Part shown: positions 1 through 10,958 of the stretch, in pieces | Position numbering within the stretch: the stretch's first letter is position 1 | How the letters are laid out: each line of letters begins with the position of its first letter | NCBI GenBank assembly: GCA_051546255.1 | Contig: CP128815.1 | Location: forward strand, 1-64,000 | Reading direction: 5' to 3' | Length of the DNA: 64,000 bases | DNA from: Meyerozyma guilliermondii | Taxonomy: Eukaryota | Made by a program: the position numbers and the translations under genes | The notes under the pieces: model-generated | The model's input: only the letters and a program-made list of their open reading frames with translations | Told to the model about the DNA's origin: nothing | The model's database searches: none

Positions 1-1
1 T

Positions 2-394
2 CACCAGTACACCAGTACACCAGTACACCAGTACACCAGTACACCAGTACACCAGTACACCAGTACACCAGTACACCAGTACACCAGTACACCAGTACAC
101 CAGTACACCAGTACACCAGTACACCAGTACACCAGTACACCAGTACACCAGTACACCAGTACACCAGTACACCAGTACACCAGTACACCAGTACACCAGT
201 ACACCAGTACACCAGTACACCAGTACACCAGTACACCAGTACACCAGTACACCAGTACACCAGTACACCAGTACACCAGTACACCAGTACACCAGTACAC
301 CAGTACACCAGTACACCAGTACACCAGTACACCAGTACACCAGTACACCAGTACACCAGTACACCAGTACACCAGTACACCAGTACACCAGTAC
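2..394 (+). repeat. Telomeric repeat tract, (CACCAGTA)n, about 49 copies; C-rich strand on +, so a left chromosome end
   Basis: Uninterrupted 8-bp period from the window start to ...cagtac at 394, then unique sequence. The reverse complement ACTGGTGT matches the short telomere repeat I recall for C. guilliermondii. Confidence 0.97.
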
Positions 395-1285
395 TAATCA
401 TAAACTGTATGGGCTGCCCTATAAAGAAGTAATGGCACACGAAGGTCGAATAACAAATTGGAATGTTAAGCATCCCATTCGCTAGGCTCATCAGTCTGTT
501 ATTCGTCGCTAAGTGTCCAACTCGAAAATAAATAAGAATTTATTTAAGACAATATACCGGAACTTGATCCTCGGCTTCTTAAAAAAAAATGTACCCTTGC
601 TCCGATCATTCAATATTTATGCAGGCGGTCAGTTTTTCCGATGCTTCCATGCATGGTATTGAACTTCATCGGAGATAGCGTATATCCTCTGACTTCCGGT
701 CCCTCCATGCATAATTCACCTTCATGCTTGCCAAAATGTCGTAGCAAATTCATTCAATGCTCGCTATTAGCTTCCTAGATTGAACTTGGCTGCGAAATCA
801 AGTCAGAAATGGCATTGATAATTGTCGGTTGAAATTTTCCAATTGAGAAAAAAGTTCATGGGGTAGAGCGAACAATCATCTTTGACTCCAACGCCTAACA
901 TAAGATATGTTTTGTTCATTTATGAATATTCACGAGTTCAACCTCCTTGTTAAGATAGAACCAAGTTTCAGTAATTGTGCTTTATGACTTAAGAAGTTAA
1001 ATATCCAGATCAAGTCCTCGAGATACATACTCATATTGGTGTCAGAGATTTTCTTGTATTGAATAAAAAAGTCAACTTGATTCTTTGGAATCATAATTAT
1101 ATATTTTTTTGCAAAATTTCAAAATTTTTTGTTGTAAGCCAAAATTAGAGTACTTTAAACAGAAGCATCATTATGGTATTTCTAGAGCTGATTACGATTT
1201 TAGGCTTCTATAAAGAGTATGGTACTTGATGCTAGTCCAGCTACTGTTATGTACAGGACCAGAAGCTGCAAAATTTATATTTCAT

Positions 1286-1615
1286 TCATATTTGTTGGGT
1301 AACTCCCACTAATTTTCCCAAGCAATAGTATGCATCTTGCATCATTTCCCATCTACAATCCTTCAAAGATTCCCTGACAACCACCAAAACTGAAAATATA
1401 ATCTTGAAATCCGTAGAGTTATCAAAAGCCTCGTCATCTTCATTCCGACTCAATGCCATTGCATCTCTCAAAGTTCGAACAATAAACTCTTCTCCCTTAA
1501 GAAAACACTCATCGTGGCTTCCGTAAGTTGTTGGTGGTCTAAGTTTGATACCTAATCTCTTGGCACGAAAAAAAGAAATGCCCAAACCACGATGGTGGAG
1601 ATGTAGATACACCAT
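1286..1615 (-). CDS. Hypothetical protein (109 aa), possibly not real
   Basis: ATG-initiated ORF with protein-like composition that overlaps no other gene; no recognisable motif. Confidence 0.3.
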   Translation of the reverse strand: MVYLHLHHRGLGISFFRAKRLGIKLRPPTTYGSHDECFLKGEEFIVRTLRDAMALSRNEDDEAFDNSTDFKIIFSVLVVVRESLKDCRWEMMQDAYYCLGKLVGVTQQI

Positions 1616-1782
1616 GGTAGCAAAGCAATCTTGTCACTTTTTGCACTATAGTATTCCTCGTCTTTTCCACTAAAAGTGAAAAGGTCCAATACTGAAGTTT
1701 CTGATGTGTCTACATTCACGCCACAAATATTTACTCACACCATATATTCAGTATTCATATTTTTGAGTGCTAGTTTCAAAGT

Positions 1783-2703
1783 CTATTCTCTTGTTTCTTG
1801 AGACCAGTTTGCTGTGAATATCTCCTTCGAACAAACTGTTCCAGCCATCATTCCTTGGTACATAGCTGTAGTAACAGACCGCATAGGCGTCGTGCAATCA
1901 CCACTGGCAAACACTCCCGGTACATTGGTCTTAAACATGCCGTCTACCTTGACAAAATTGTTTTCGAGTTCAACCCCGAGACTGGCTAAAATGCCGCTTG
2001 CATTTACATTGGTGGGAGGCATCAAGTAGAGACCACCGACCGGAATGCTACTGCCATTTGAAAAAACCACTTTCTCCAACTGTGCGCCTACTCCTTCAAG
2101 GCGGTCGATGGGTTCAGTGACAACTTTAATATTCAATTTGTCCAACTCGACTTTATTTTCCAAATCGAGTGTGACACCGTTGGTCAATATTATCAAGTTC
2201 TTATTCCAATTGTAAACCACCTTGACCATTTCAGATATAATTTTTGGGTTTTGGTAATAGAGAGCCACCGGCCGATCACGGATCTCGTACCCATGACAGT
2301 ACGGACAGTGGATAGCCGTTTTACCCCAAAACTTACTCAAGTTCCCGATACCAGTTTCGTCAATCTTGTCTTTGATTCCGGCTGCAAAAATCAACTTTCT
2401 TGCTTGTAAAGTACCGCTTTGCTTGGTGGAAATGTCAAATAAATTCCCTTCTTTTTTCACACCAACCACCTCGTCCTGGTACAACTTTACTGTCAGGTAC
2501 TTTTTTACCTTTTCCCTTGCTTTTTCAAGTGCTTCAATTGGATTGTCTCCATCGAATGCAATGCTGTTATGACTACTGGGTGCAAATCGATTGCATGGCT
2601 GTCCACCATCAATGCATGCAACTCTTAAGAGCGACCTACCCAAGGTCATTGCTGCTGATAATCCTGCGAAACTACCTCCAATTACTACAACGTCCAAAAC
2701 CAT
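1783..2703 (-). CDS. Thioredoxin-reductase-like FAD/NAD(P) oxidoreductase (Pyr_redox_2; GliT-like/bacterial CxxC subtype)
   Basis: N-terminal DVVVIGGSFAGLSAA dinucleotide fold, HCPYCHGYE redox motif, C-terminal TNVPGVFASGD FAD motif; 306 aa. Confidence 0.9.
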   Translation of the reverse strand: MVLDVVVIGGSFAGLSAAMTLGRSLLRVACIDGGQPCNRFAPSSHNSIAFDGDNPIEALEKAREKVKKYLTVKLYQDEVVGVKKEGNLFDISTKQSGTLQARKLIFAAGIKDKIDETGIGNLSKFWGKTAIHCPYCHGYEIRDRPVALYYQNPKIISEMVKVVYNWNKNLIILTNGVTLDLENKVELDKLNIKVVTEPIDRLEGVGAQLEKVVFSNGSSIPVGGLYLMPPTNVNASGILASLGVELENNFVKVDGMFKTNVPGVFASGDCTTPMRSVTTAMYQGMMAGTVCSKEIFTANWSQETRE

Positions 2704-3162
2704 ATTTACTTACGATTAGAATTTGTCGCGTTTTATATTAATCGATTGCATCGCACTGGTATTGTAATTCGTCCCAAATGAGTAATAAAAATAGCGCACG
2801 GTGGTTATGGTATTAATCATCTGGATGAGTCTAGACATGCAAGGCAAACATAATTAGCTCATGCAGAGCATATATACGAACGCTAGAAATAATTTGTAGA
2901 AACTGCCGCAAAAAATTTGGCTAAGCTTTTCGGTATCGTGCAACCCGGAAACAGAATAAGCCAAAATATAGCACAAAGTATGGAGAAGAAGGTAAACAAA
3001 GGAGGTCGTCCACTGAATCTACCGTATGAGATAACGCTGCCTGTTCAATGGCTGCAAATCTGGTAAGTCATTTTGAGATAACGTTTTTAAGTCGATAGAG
3101 CATTTTGTCGTCACCATCGCCTGCACATATTTGATTTTGATAGCCTTCTTCCAATGGCCAAT

Positions 3163-3430
3163 AGGGTCCCAGCAATAGTAGTCATATGCGTCTTGAGCTC
3201 TTTGCTTGTTGAAATCAAAGACATCAAAGTTTTTGCTCAATCTTTTCGTTCTGCGACTTGGGACTCTATCGGTATTCCACCTCAAGATCACTGGGGTACC
3301 TGCTACCGAACTTTGCGAGAGTAGGATCGTTGATGTCAATGGGCAGCTTCAAGCACGATACCCAAGTCTGGCAGTACTAACACTTGCTCAATTCTTGAAT
3401 ATAGGTTTAATTTTGAAACCTTCCCAGTCA
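3163..3430 (-). pseudogene. Degenerate remnant of an aldo-keto reductase 3' half
   Basis: Broken frames give, in order, WEGFKIKP / YCQ / LGIVLEA / CPLT / VILRWN / RLSKNFDVFDF / CWDP. These match the AKR C-terminal motifs (KP..NQ, GIVVEAYSPL, QVILRW, ENFDVFDF) with deletions, stops and frameshifts. Confidence 0.55.
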
Positions 3431-3657
3431 TAAAGTTCTTTGAGATTCGTCCATTGGATTCAGAGATCATCTTAAGTAAAGTTCTTAGAAGCAAATCATT
3501 TCGTAATTTGGTTGCGAAAATGTGAGATAAGGCTTCGGTCTTCCTTGCTTAAATGTAGAACCTGTATCGGTGAATGACTCGCAGTAAGAATCGATCATTC
3601 TGTTATTCTTTTTCTCAAATCTATTTTTCCTTCATTTATTTCATAATTATCATATCC

Positions 3658-4887
3658 TCATTTCAAGTAAAGTATCAACTCAACAAAGCAGAAAATGCAC
3701 TGGAACGCAAAAGCAACCCAAATTAGTGTAACAGATTGAGATCCTTTCTTGACGGTGATTTCTTGAAGCGAAAATGCGGTGGAAATGTAAGTTGCATAAT
3801 TTTTTGCAACCACGCTGTATAGAATGTTGAATACAAATGAGTACACCACAGTCAAAGATGCGACATAAGGATTCCATTTCCGAGGAAGTATCTGAAACAC
3901 CATTCCCACAAAGAGCACTATTGACACCATCAATATCACAGACAATGGCTGAAGTGCTTTAGCAATATTGTTAGTGTGGTTCAATTTGGACTTTTTTGAA
4001 AACCCAATCTCGGTTTCCTTATAATTTAGGCCGGGCATATATATCCAAACTCTGGAGTTGGAATTGACCATTTTCGAATAATCTATTCCAGAATTGATGG
4101 AATTTCTCTTTGTCTTGTATCCACTGGAATAATAACCATAAGACCAAATACTGACGTAATAGTCGTCTGGTATGCCCATTGCCCAGCTATGACGATAGTG
4201 TCCGTCCTCTACGGTACCAAAGTAGCCCATATATGACGTATAACTTCCCAAAGGGTTTGGAAGATACAGGGCTTCTGGTACTGTATGGAATGATGATGCC
4301 GCGGCTCTTGCACTAGAAACGGTAGCAGTTCCATAGATTTGCCATGTTGCTGTCACAGAACGGAAGCTGCTTTTTGATCCAGTCAAAGTGGCAGATGTAG
4401 TAGTTGAGAAAGTGGCAGAAGTACTAGAAACGGGTGTTGGTGGGGTTGCAACCAAATTGCCCGATTCGGAAATTCCAGTAACGGCTGCAAATGCACTTGA
4501 CAGTACCTCAGAGGATACTTCCCTAAAGGCGATGGCGCTCGATTCTGTCCCGCTGGTTATCTCCCTTCTCAATGGCATGGCCGTAGCGGCATAGGTATCG
4601 TCTCTTACCAAAATACGACCTCCCACGTTATCAAAGTGAACCAAGTATAAGCTCTTTAATCCATGAACCGAGCAGCCAATGACCACCAAAAGGTAGATTG
4701 TGAACACCACGAGCGACATCAAGCTTCTGAAACAGTACCAGGGGCGCCAATAATTTTTGAAGGTGGTAATTGCTGAATAGTGTGGGAGGTTTGATTCGAG
4801 GGTCTGTTCCAATGTTACAGCTTGAGATGCGAGAGTTACCTCGCCATTTGGTGCATCTTTTTGATATGGTGGTGGTGGATCTAACAT
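3658..4887 (-). CDS. SUR7/PalI-family membrane protein with Ser/Thr-rich extracellular loop
   Basis: One N-terminal TM, S/T-rich stretch, GIPDDYYVSIWSY (cf. GLPDxYxxGLWxYC), three C-terminal TMs; PPPY motif at the N-terminus. Confidence 0.65.
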   Translation of the reverse strand: MLDPPPPYQKDAPNGEVTLASQAVTLEQTLESNLPHYSAITTFKNYWRPWYCFRSLMSLVVFTIYLLVVIGCSVHGLKSLYLVHFDNVGGRILVRDDTYAATAMPLRREITSGTESSAIAFREVSSEVLSSAFAAVTGISESGNLVATPPTPVSSTSATFSTTTSATLTGSKSSFRSVTATWQIYGTATVSSARAAASSFHTVPEALYLPNPLGSYTSYMGYFGTVEDGHYRHSWAMGIPDDYYVSIWSYGYYSSGYKTKRNSINSGIDYSKMVNSNSRVWIYMPGLNYKETEIGFSKKSKLNHTNNIAKALQPLSVILMVSIVLFVGMVFQILPRKWNPYVASLTVVYSFVFNILYSVVAKNYATYISTAFSLQEITVKKGSQSVTLIWVAFAFQCIFCFVELILYLK

Positions 4888-6240
4888 TGAAGAAGGGGAT
4901 GAAATGGCGGGTATAAGTAACCGTCTTATCGAGTTCGTAAATCAGTCCGCTCGGTGCATTGATGTGCATTGACATCTGTACCATCTGACGCGCAGTGACG
5001 TAGGTGATAACCGATCCCCGTCTAATGCCGAGACTTGGGCCGCGAGGTCATGAAATGATAACTGAAATGGGCCGACTCGATTGCTGAAGGGAAGATAAAA
5101 CGATTGCATGACCTTGTCACCAACATAAGTTTACGAGGTCGATTCGGGAAGTGATCATAAGTCAAAAAGTGACCAGGAATAGTGAAAATATTGATAAGAA
5201 TTATTAGGACAATAGCGAGAATATATTAATAAATTATTAGCAAGAGCTTTAGTTAAGAATATAGCACGACGAATAGAGTTCTCCCAGCTTATCTATGTTG
5301 TCGTAGTCAACTTACACTATCACTACAGTCTCAGATCAGAATCATAACCTGTCCTCATTTTTCCATTTCCTCGGCAATCAGCAACTCAGCCGCACCAATA
5401 AACGAGATTTCCTGTGGGGAGGTTATCTTTCGCGAAATAACCAAGATAGCTACAGTCATTTTTGCAGCCGATATGATTAACCTTTGATATTAAGAATTTG
5501 CCGAAGCAATCAATACACTAACTCATTAATGTAAGCAATTCACAAGATGAGTATCAAATTACAAATTCGAGAAACTGTAAATTCTGAAATTTCTTTCGCA
5601 TGTGGAAGTTGTGAACAAAACCAACATAGTCAACAACCACCATCTTGCAGTCCAGAAGTGGACGACCATTCCAGAGAGATTAACTAAACGATAGGCAATT
5701 TAAACTTAAGAGCTCGACTTCCAAAACTAACGCAACCAGCTACAACAATTAACGATTTTAAGAGAGTCTACAATTTCTATCGGATCAAGTTGAATGAAAG
5801 AATATCGACTGACAACTCTAATTATCTGCAAATATGACTTGACCCAGGCAAGGTGTCCAATATTCACATTAGCACCATCTTCGTATTGCAGTCCTTTGCT
5901 CAGCACAAAGCACCACACCATGGAACCGACGACAAGGACAATAATCCAAAAATTAGGAAGCGGTCTCTTATTTATTTCAACCTCCTCTCTGGACATTTGC
6001 AACATGAATTTTTGAGAAATCCAATTTCCGAAACAAACTTGTACTCATTTATACGAAAGGATAACCGGTTGTAGGGATTGTGAGACAAGAACTCGCCAAC
6101 TAGCTTGAGGTTATTGTCTAATAAACTGTACTGGCCAATAAAGATTCCCATATTTCATTGTCTTGTGGTTAGCATATAATGAATCATAAACAAGTTGTGC
6201 AAAATTCTTCTGTTTGAAATACTGTATCTTGATTCTTCGG

Positions 6241-7755
6241 CTAAAGGAACATAACAACTAATCCTAATACCACTTGAGAAAGTGACGGTAGCCCATACGA
6301 AGAAACACCTGCTGCTGATTTGCTTTTACCATGAGCACTACTAGCATGGGAATTAGATTTCGAGGCTTGAATTGGAGACTTGGTAGGAACCGAAGATGTT
6401 ATAACTTCGATATCTTCGTCCGAACTATACTTGATTGGTGCCAAAGAAACTTCGTAGTTCTCGAGGTCACAAACCACATAAGCATGTCGCAAAAAATTAT
6501 CTCCAAGTGACATATAAGGATTCGACGTGGGTTGGGGAAGCAACGTCAAAATGCAGGTACCATCTTCAGATTGTTTGATTAAATCTTGCATACGAACTGC
6601 AATTTCTTGACCACTAAATTCAAAAGTTATTGAACCTTCAGACGAACAGGGAACCGTGTATAAATCCGAATATAATGAATAAGATCCCCCCAATTTAGAG
6701 ACAATATCCGTGAGTATTGAGTGATAAAGATGGGAATACGTGGCACCCGTATCCAACAATACTGGGATAGACTCATAAGAAACATCGGAAATGGATTCAC
6801 CATCATCGACTTTGATTGCCAGATTCTCCACTTCAATTCTTAATGGAACATTGGACACATTTCTGTACGAGTTGACCATCTTCACCGTCTTGAGATTTCC
6901 AGTATATTTAGCATTGTCTATGGCACCAAATAACACCAGACCATGCCTATCAGAAATGTTTCCCAAGTACAACGAATAAAGGGCTTTGTCAATAATTCCT
7001 TGCGACTTAAGCATCAAAGGAAGGTTTGAATATTCATACCCTTCACCAGTTGAAATGTTTTTCGTAGTTTCTAGCCCAGCAAGTCCTATCCCAAGAATTC
7101 CTACGTTGGTGGTCGACTTGTTGGCTACCGCAAAACTAAGGGAGTTCACAGTTGCGTTTCCAATTTCCACTTCATCTGTTCCCCAAACTCCGGAAGCGCC
7201 TGTACCGTCAGCATAGGAAATGAAGAAATCCGGAGCAGATCCATTTACTGAAAAACTATCGGAATCCTCGGTGGAGAAACTTCCATACGAAGTACAAGTG
7301 TCTGTAGTGGGCAAATCGTAAGTGGTCTCGGAGTCGTAAGTGGTTGTCTCGGAATCGTAAAGTGTGTCGTATCCTCCAAAGTCACTCAAATAAGCCGAAA
7401 CAGTTTCGTACTCGTAGAATGAATCAGAAACAAGTTTCTCTTCTTCGCGCTTCTTGTAGCTTCTACGGTAGCATTTCAAGTCTTCACTTAAAACCACCAA
7501 GTCTGACGATCCTGTATCGACCAAGACTCCAACTTGATCTTTATTGGATCCAATTTTCAATTCAGCAACGTAGAATGTCGCTTTGTTTGTTAACTCCATT
7601 GTAAACTTGTCATCCTCGGATCTCTTTACAAATTGAGGTTCATTTTCTAAAGCCATATCATCTTTGGAGTTTCCTCTGTGGATTGCAAAGTCGAGCTTCA
7701 AGGTTGCTGCTACCAAATGAGAAGCAATGATAATTAATATTACAGTAAGCTTCAT
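6241..7755 (-). CDS. GPI-anchored aspartic protease (yapsin/Sap9-like, peptidase A1)
   Basis: Signal peptide, KR pro-site, catalytic VDTGSSD and LDTGAT, LGDNFLRHAYVV, Ser-rich stalk and hydrophobic C-terminal GPI signal. Confidence 0.92.
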   Translation of the reverse strand: MKLTVILIIIASHLVAATLKLDFAIHRGNSKDDMALENEPQFVKRSEDDKFTMELTNKATFYVAELKIGSNKDQVGVLVDTGSSDLVVLSEDLKCYRRSYKKREEEKLVSDSFYEYETVSAYLSDFGGYDTLYDSETTTYDSETTYDLPTTDTCTSYGSFSTEDSDSFSVNGSAPDFFISYADGTGASGVWGTDEVEIGNATVNSLSFAVANKSTTNVGILGIGLAGLETTKNISTGEGYEYSNLPLMLKSQGIIDKALYSLYLGNISDRHGLVLFGAIDNAKYTGNLKTVKMVNSYRNVSNVPLRIEVENLAIKVDDGESISDVSYESIPVLLDTGATYSHLYHSILTDIVSKLGGSYSLYSDLYTVPCSSEGSITFEFSGQEIAVRMQDLIKQSEDGTCILTLLPQPTSNPYMSLGDNFLRHAYVVCDLENYEVSLAPIKYSSDEDIEVITSSVPTKSPIQASKSNSHASSAHGKSKSAAGVSSYGLPSLSQVVLGLVVMFL

Positions 7756-8349
7756 GAATCAATTTCTTGACAAAAGGATCCATTTTATAGCTCGTAGTGA
7801 TAGTCATAGCACAATTTACGAACATCAACTCAAGTGACTGCATTCAACATTTATGTAAATCATTTTTTTTTTTGACAGTGCCAAGAATTGTCATCGTTCT
7901 CGCTTAATAATAATTTCCCTTCAATTTGCGAGAATGATGACAACAGAAACTTGATAACAAAGTGCTGTCTTACACTCAACACGATAAGTGCTATAGGCAT
8001 TTTCTACACTCAACAGTAATGTTTGTTGATCACAAAGAGTTCTATTTTTTGTGACCCCTGCATTCGGTTTAGCATGCGGCGCAGCGCGGCGCGCAGCTTA
8101 TCGGAAATAATGTCAATTGAATTTTGCATGATGTAATGGGACGCTAACGGTGCACGCCAATTTGTTTAAAGATATACGAACTTTGAATGGATGACCTTCC
8201 CTGAAGCTCGTATTATACCAGTAACTGATCTAAGTGACTGTAACTTTAATCTTAGTCATCTGCAACGTATCGTACCCACAAACTAGTAAAACACTCATAT
8301 TCAATTATTAATCATATATGATATAGAATTGTGGAAAACACCAAAAGCC

Positions 8350-8940
8350 TCAATTGAGCTTGGTTTCCTCAGGTTGTGATACGTCATTGACTATATTTGC
8401 TGGTGGAGCGGCCTCCAAACTAACTGCAGCTTCAATATCATTCACCGGCTCGTCAGCATATGATAAAACGTCCATCACCAAAAAAGACAGGTCTTTCCTG
8501 GAAGTAAGTCTTGCGATACAGAATATAGATCCAAGATATGAAACCCAATTGACTGCTCCAAAAGCAATCACCACCATATAAACATGACAGATTTTGCTCC
8601 AATCAAAATCAATGTAGTAATAATAGTATGACGAAGAAAAATCATAGGAACAATCTGCTCCGGACCAAACTTGAGTGACAAGAGCAAATGAAATTATCCA
8701 CAAAACAAATCCAATTATATCACAACAAAGTGCAACAATGGCAGTGAAATATTTATACAACGTCAAGGCGGAAATCAAGTAAACACATGACAATGCACTT
8801 ACTGCTATGGAAAAGTTGCCCTTTTCCCAACTTCCCATTAAATGAACTCCCGCAGCTGAAACTCCTAGCGCGGCAATACTAAAAAGAAGTTGCACAATTC
8901 TATAAATTGCTGAAAACGCTCGTTTATGGTATTTCATCAT
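8350..8940 (-). CDS. MARVEL-domain membrane-associating protein
   Basis: Four hydrophobic segments with RIVQLLFSI and D..GFVLWIISFA patterns. First ATG at 8940; the track start at 8958 is TTG. Confidence 0.7.
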   Translation of the reverse strand: MMKYHKRAFSAIYRIVQLLFSIAALGVSAAGVHLMGSWEKGNFSIAVSALSCVYLISALTLYKYFTAIVALCCDIIGFVLWIISFALVTQVWSGADCSYDFSSSYYYYYIDFDWSKICHVYMVVIAFGAVNWVSYLGSIFCIARLTSRKDLSFLVMDVLSYADEPVNDIEAAVSLEAAPPANIVNDVSQPEETKLN

Positions 8941-9584
8941 TGTGGATAACTGACACAATTATGCCATTTTATATAAAGTGAAATACGAGAATTAACTTGA
9001 GGGTTTGAGAGTGTGACCAAAGATTAGCGATCAATTCTGAAGGTGTTAAGTACGAGAATTGTGCAGCTGGGGTTTAGAGCCTTTGGTTGACCAAAGAGGA
9101 AATGAATGATACGAAAAATCTCTTGCTCGCAAATCATTTGATGTTGCCTCCATGAGAGAGAATAGATCAAATTGCATTTGAAAAAAACTTCAAAGTTATC
9201 GAAGTCTGAATTGACTGCTTCTTTGGTTCTACACGTTACTGAAGTTGTATTCAAAAAGAAAACAATCTATAAATGTTGTGACTTCTACGATGAAGACTGA
9301 ATCAGCAGACAATGACATAAATTGGTTCACAGATTTTAACTGGAATCTTGCAAGACTGACAGTAACTATTCTCACTCACGAATTCGTTATGTCTCGAATG
9401 CCGCCGATAGAAGTCACGTGCGTACCGTCGATGATCTTTCGTGTTGTATGCAGTATTCTCGGCTGCAAACAATCTGATTGTTCCCTGCATTACAATTAAC
9501 TAAAAAAACGTCAAAATTTCCCTTTTAGGCAGTACTTTCGAACGGTACCTTCTCCTCACTTCACTTTGACAACTTTTCTTCATC

Positions 9585-10958
9585 ATGAAGCCTGTTAATT
9601 TGGCTATTGGCTTTTGTCTTGCAACCAATTATGTACATGGTTACCCTACAGTACTTGACAAGAGAAATCTACTTTTAGATGGTTTTGCCAACTTATTCAA
9701 TTCTTCTGGGGATTTAAATGCTTCAATATCCGAGGGTATATTTCAAGACGTCAAAGACCTTGGGGGTATAATTCTGTCGTTGGATTTAATGATTGAATCG
9801 GTAGTGGACACTTCAGAGATCCATGGAATTTCCGGTGCTTTCAATTACCTAAAGGAAATATTTGAAAGCCAAACTTGGAAATCGATATATTCGGGAATAA
9901 TCAAACTGGTTTTTGAGGAAAATGGCCTTGAAACTGTTATTATCAATTATTCTCAACGATTGAATAACCTTAACAATACCAACGCCAGGTCTCCCAAAAG
10001 TGCAGTTTATCCTTCTGCGAATAGTAAGGACGCTCCGTACTCTTTACTGGAGCAAAAATTACGAAGTGCAATTGAAATTCCTTCTGGATATGAATATGGT
10101 AAAGGTGACAAAAAGCCTGTTCTTCTAGTACCGGGAACTGGTTCTTACGGAGGAAACGGTTTCTATACCAATTACATCAAATTGCTTAATCAAACAGATT
10201 TTGCAGATGTTGCTTGGTTGAATATTCCCAACTATTTACTTGAAGATTCCCAGCTGAATGCCGAATATGTGGCCTACGGTGTCAATTATCTTTCTGGGAT
10301 TTCAGAAGGTAAGAAAGTAAGTGTGATATCTTGGTCTCAAGGTGGGCTCATCACTCAATGGGCATTGAAATATTGGCCATCTTTACGTGAAAATATGGGA
10401 GAGTTTATTCCCGTGGCTGCTGACTTTCATGGTACAAAATTGGCCCCGGCTATTTGTCCGTCATTTCCCAAGTTGTCATGTGCTCCTTCAGTTCTTCAAC
10501 AAGAATATAATTCCAACTATGTTCGTACTCTCCGAGAAAATGATGGAGATTCTGCCTATGTTCCAACAACCTCGCTCTTTTCTGGATTTGATGAGATTGT
10601 GCAACCTCAATCTAAAAATGCTTCTGCTGCTCTCAAGGATGCTAGAAATGTTGGGGTAGGAAACTACCAGTTCCAAAACCTTTGTCCAAACAACACTGCA
10701 GGAAGATATTATACTCACGAAGGGTCCCTTTATAATCCTGTTGGCTATGCTTTAGCGGCTGATGCTTTGAAGCATGGTGGAGTGGGAGACCCAAGCAGAA
10801 TTGATCTTGAACATTTATGTACCTTACCATTTCCTGAAGAATTAGACTATGCTGATGTTTTAACCACAGAGGTCGAGTTGTTGTATTGTGGGTTCAACAT
10901 AATTTTCGGAAAAGGCAAAGTGAAGGAAGAACCTAGAATTAGAGACTACGCAAAATAA
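9585..10958 (+). CDS. Secreted lipase B (CalB-like alpha/beta hydrolase)
   Basis: Signal peptide plus KR site; PVLLVPGTG, NAEYV, nucleophile SWSQGG, DFHGT, DEIVQPQ, THEG. Confidence 0.9.
   Translation: MKPVNLAIGFCLATNYVHGYPTVLDKRNLLLDGFANLFNSSGDLNASISEGIFQDVKDLGGIILSLDLMIESVVDTSEIHGISGAFNYLKEIFESQTWKSIYSGIIKLVFEENGLETVIINYSQRLNNLNNTNARSPKSAVYPSANSKDAPYSLLEQKLRSAIEIPSGYEYGKGDKKPVLLVPGTGSYGGNGFYTNYIKLLNQTDFADVAWLNIPNYLLEDSQLNAEYVAYGVNYLSGISEGKKVSVISWSQGGLITQWALKYWPSLRENMGEFIPVAADFHGTKLAPAICPSFPKLSCAPSVLQQEYNSNYVRTLRENDGDSAYVPTTSLFSGFDEIVQPQSKNASAALKDARNVGVGNYQFQNLCPNNTAGRYYTHEGSLYNPVGYALAADALKHGGVGDPSRIDLEHLCTLPFPEELDYADVLTTEVELLYCGFNIIFGKGKVKEEPRIRDYAK

Noticed and set aside
1..372. 123-aa ORF of YWCTGVLV repeats; also superficially array-like
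   Set aside because: It is the translation of the telomere repeat. There are no spacers, so it is not CRISPR.
5727..6005. 92-aa ORF with one hydrophobic segment and an upstream TATA-like element
   Set aside because: No recognisable family; could be a remnant but cannot be supported.
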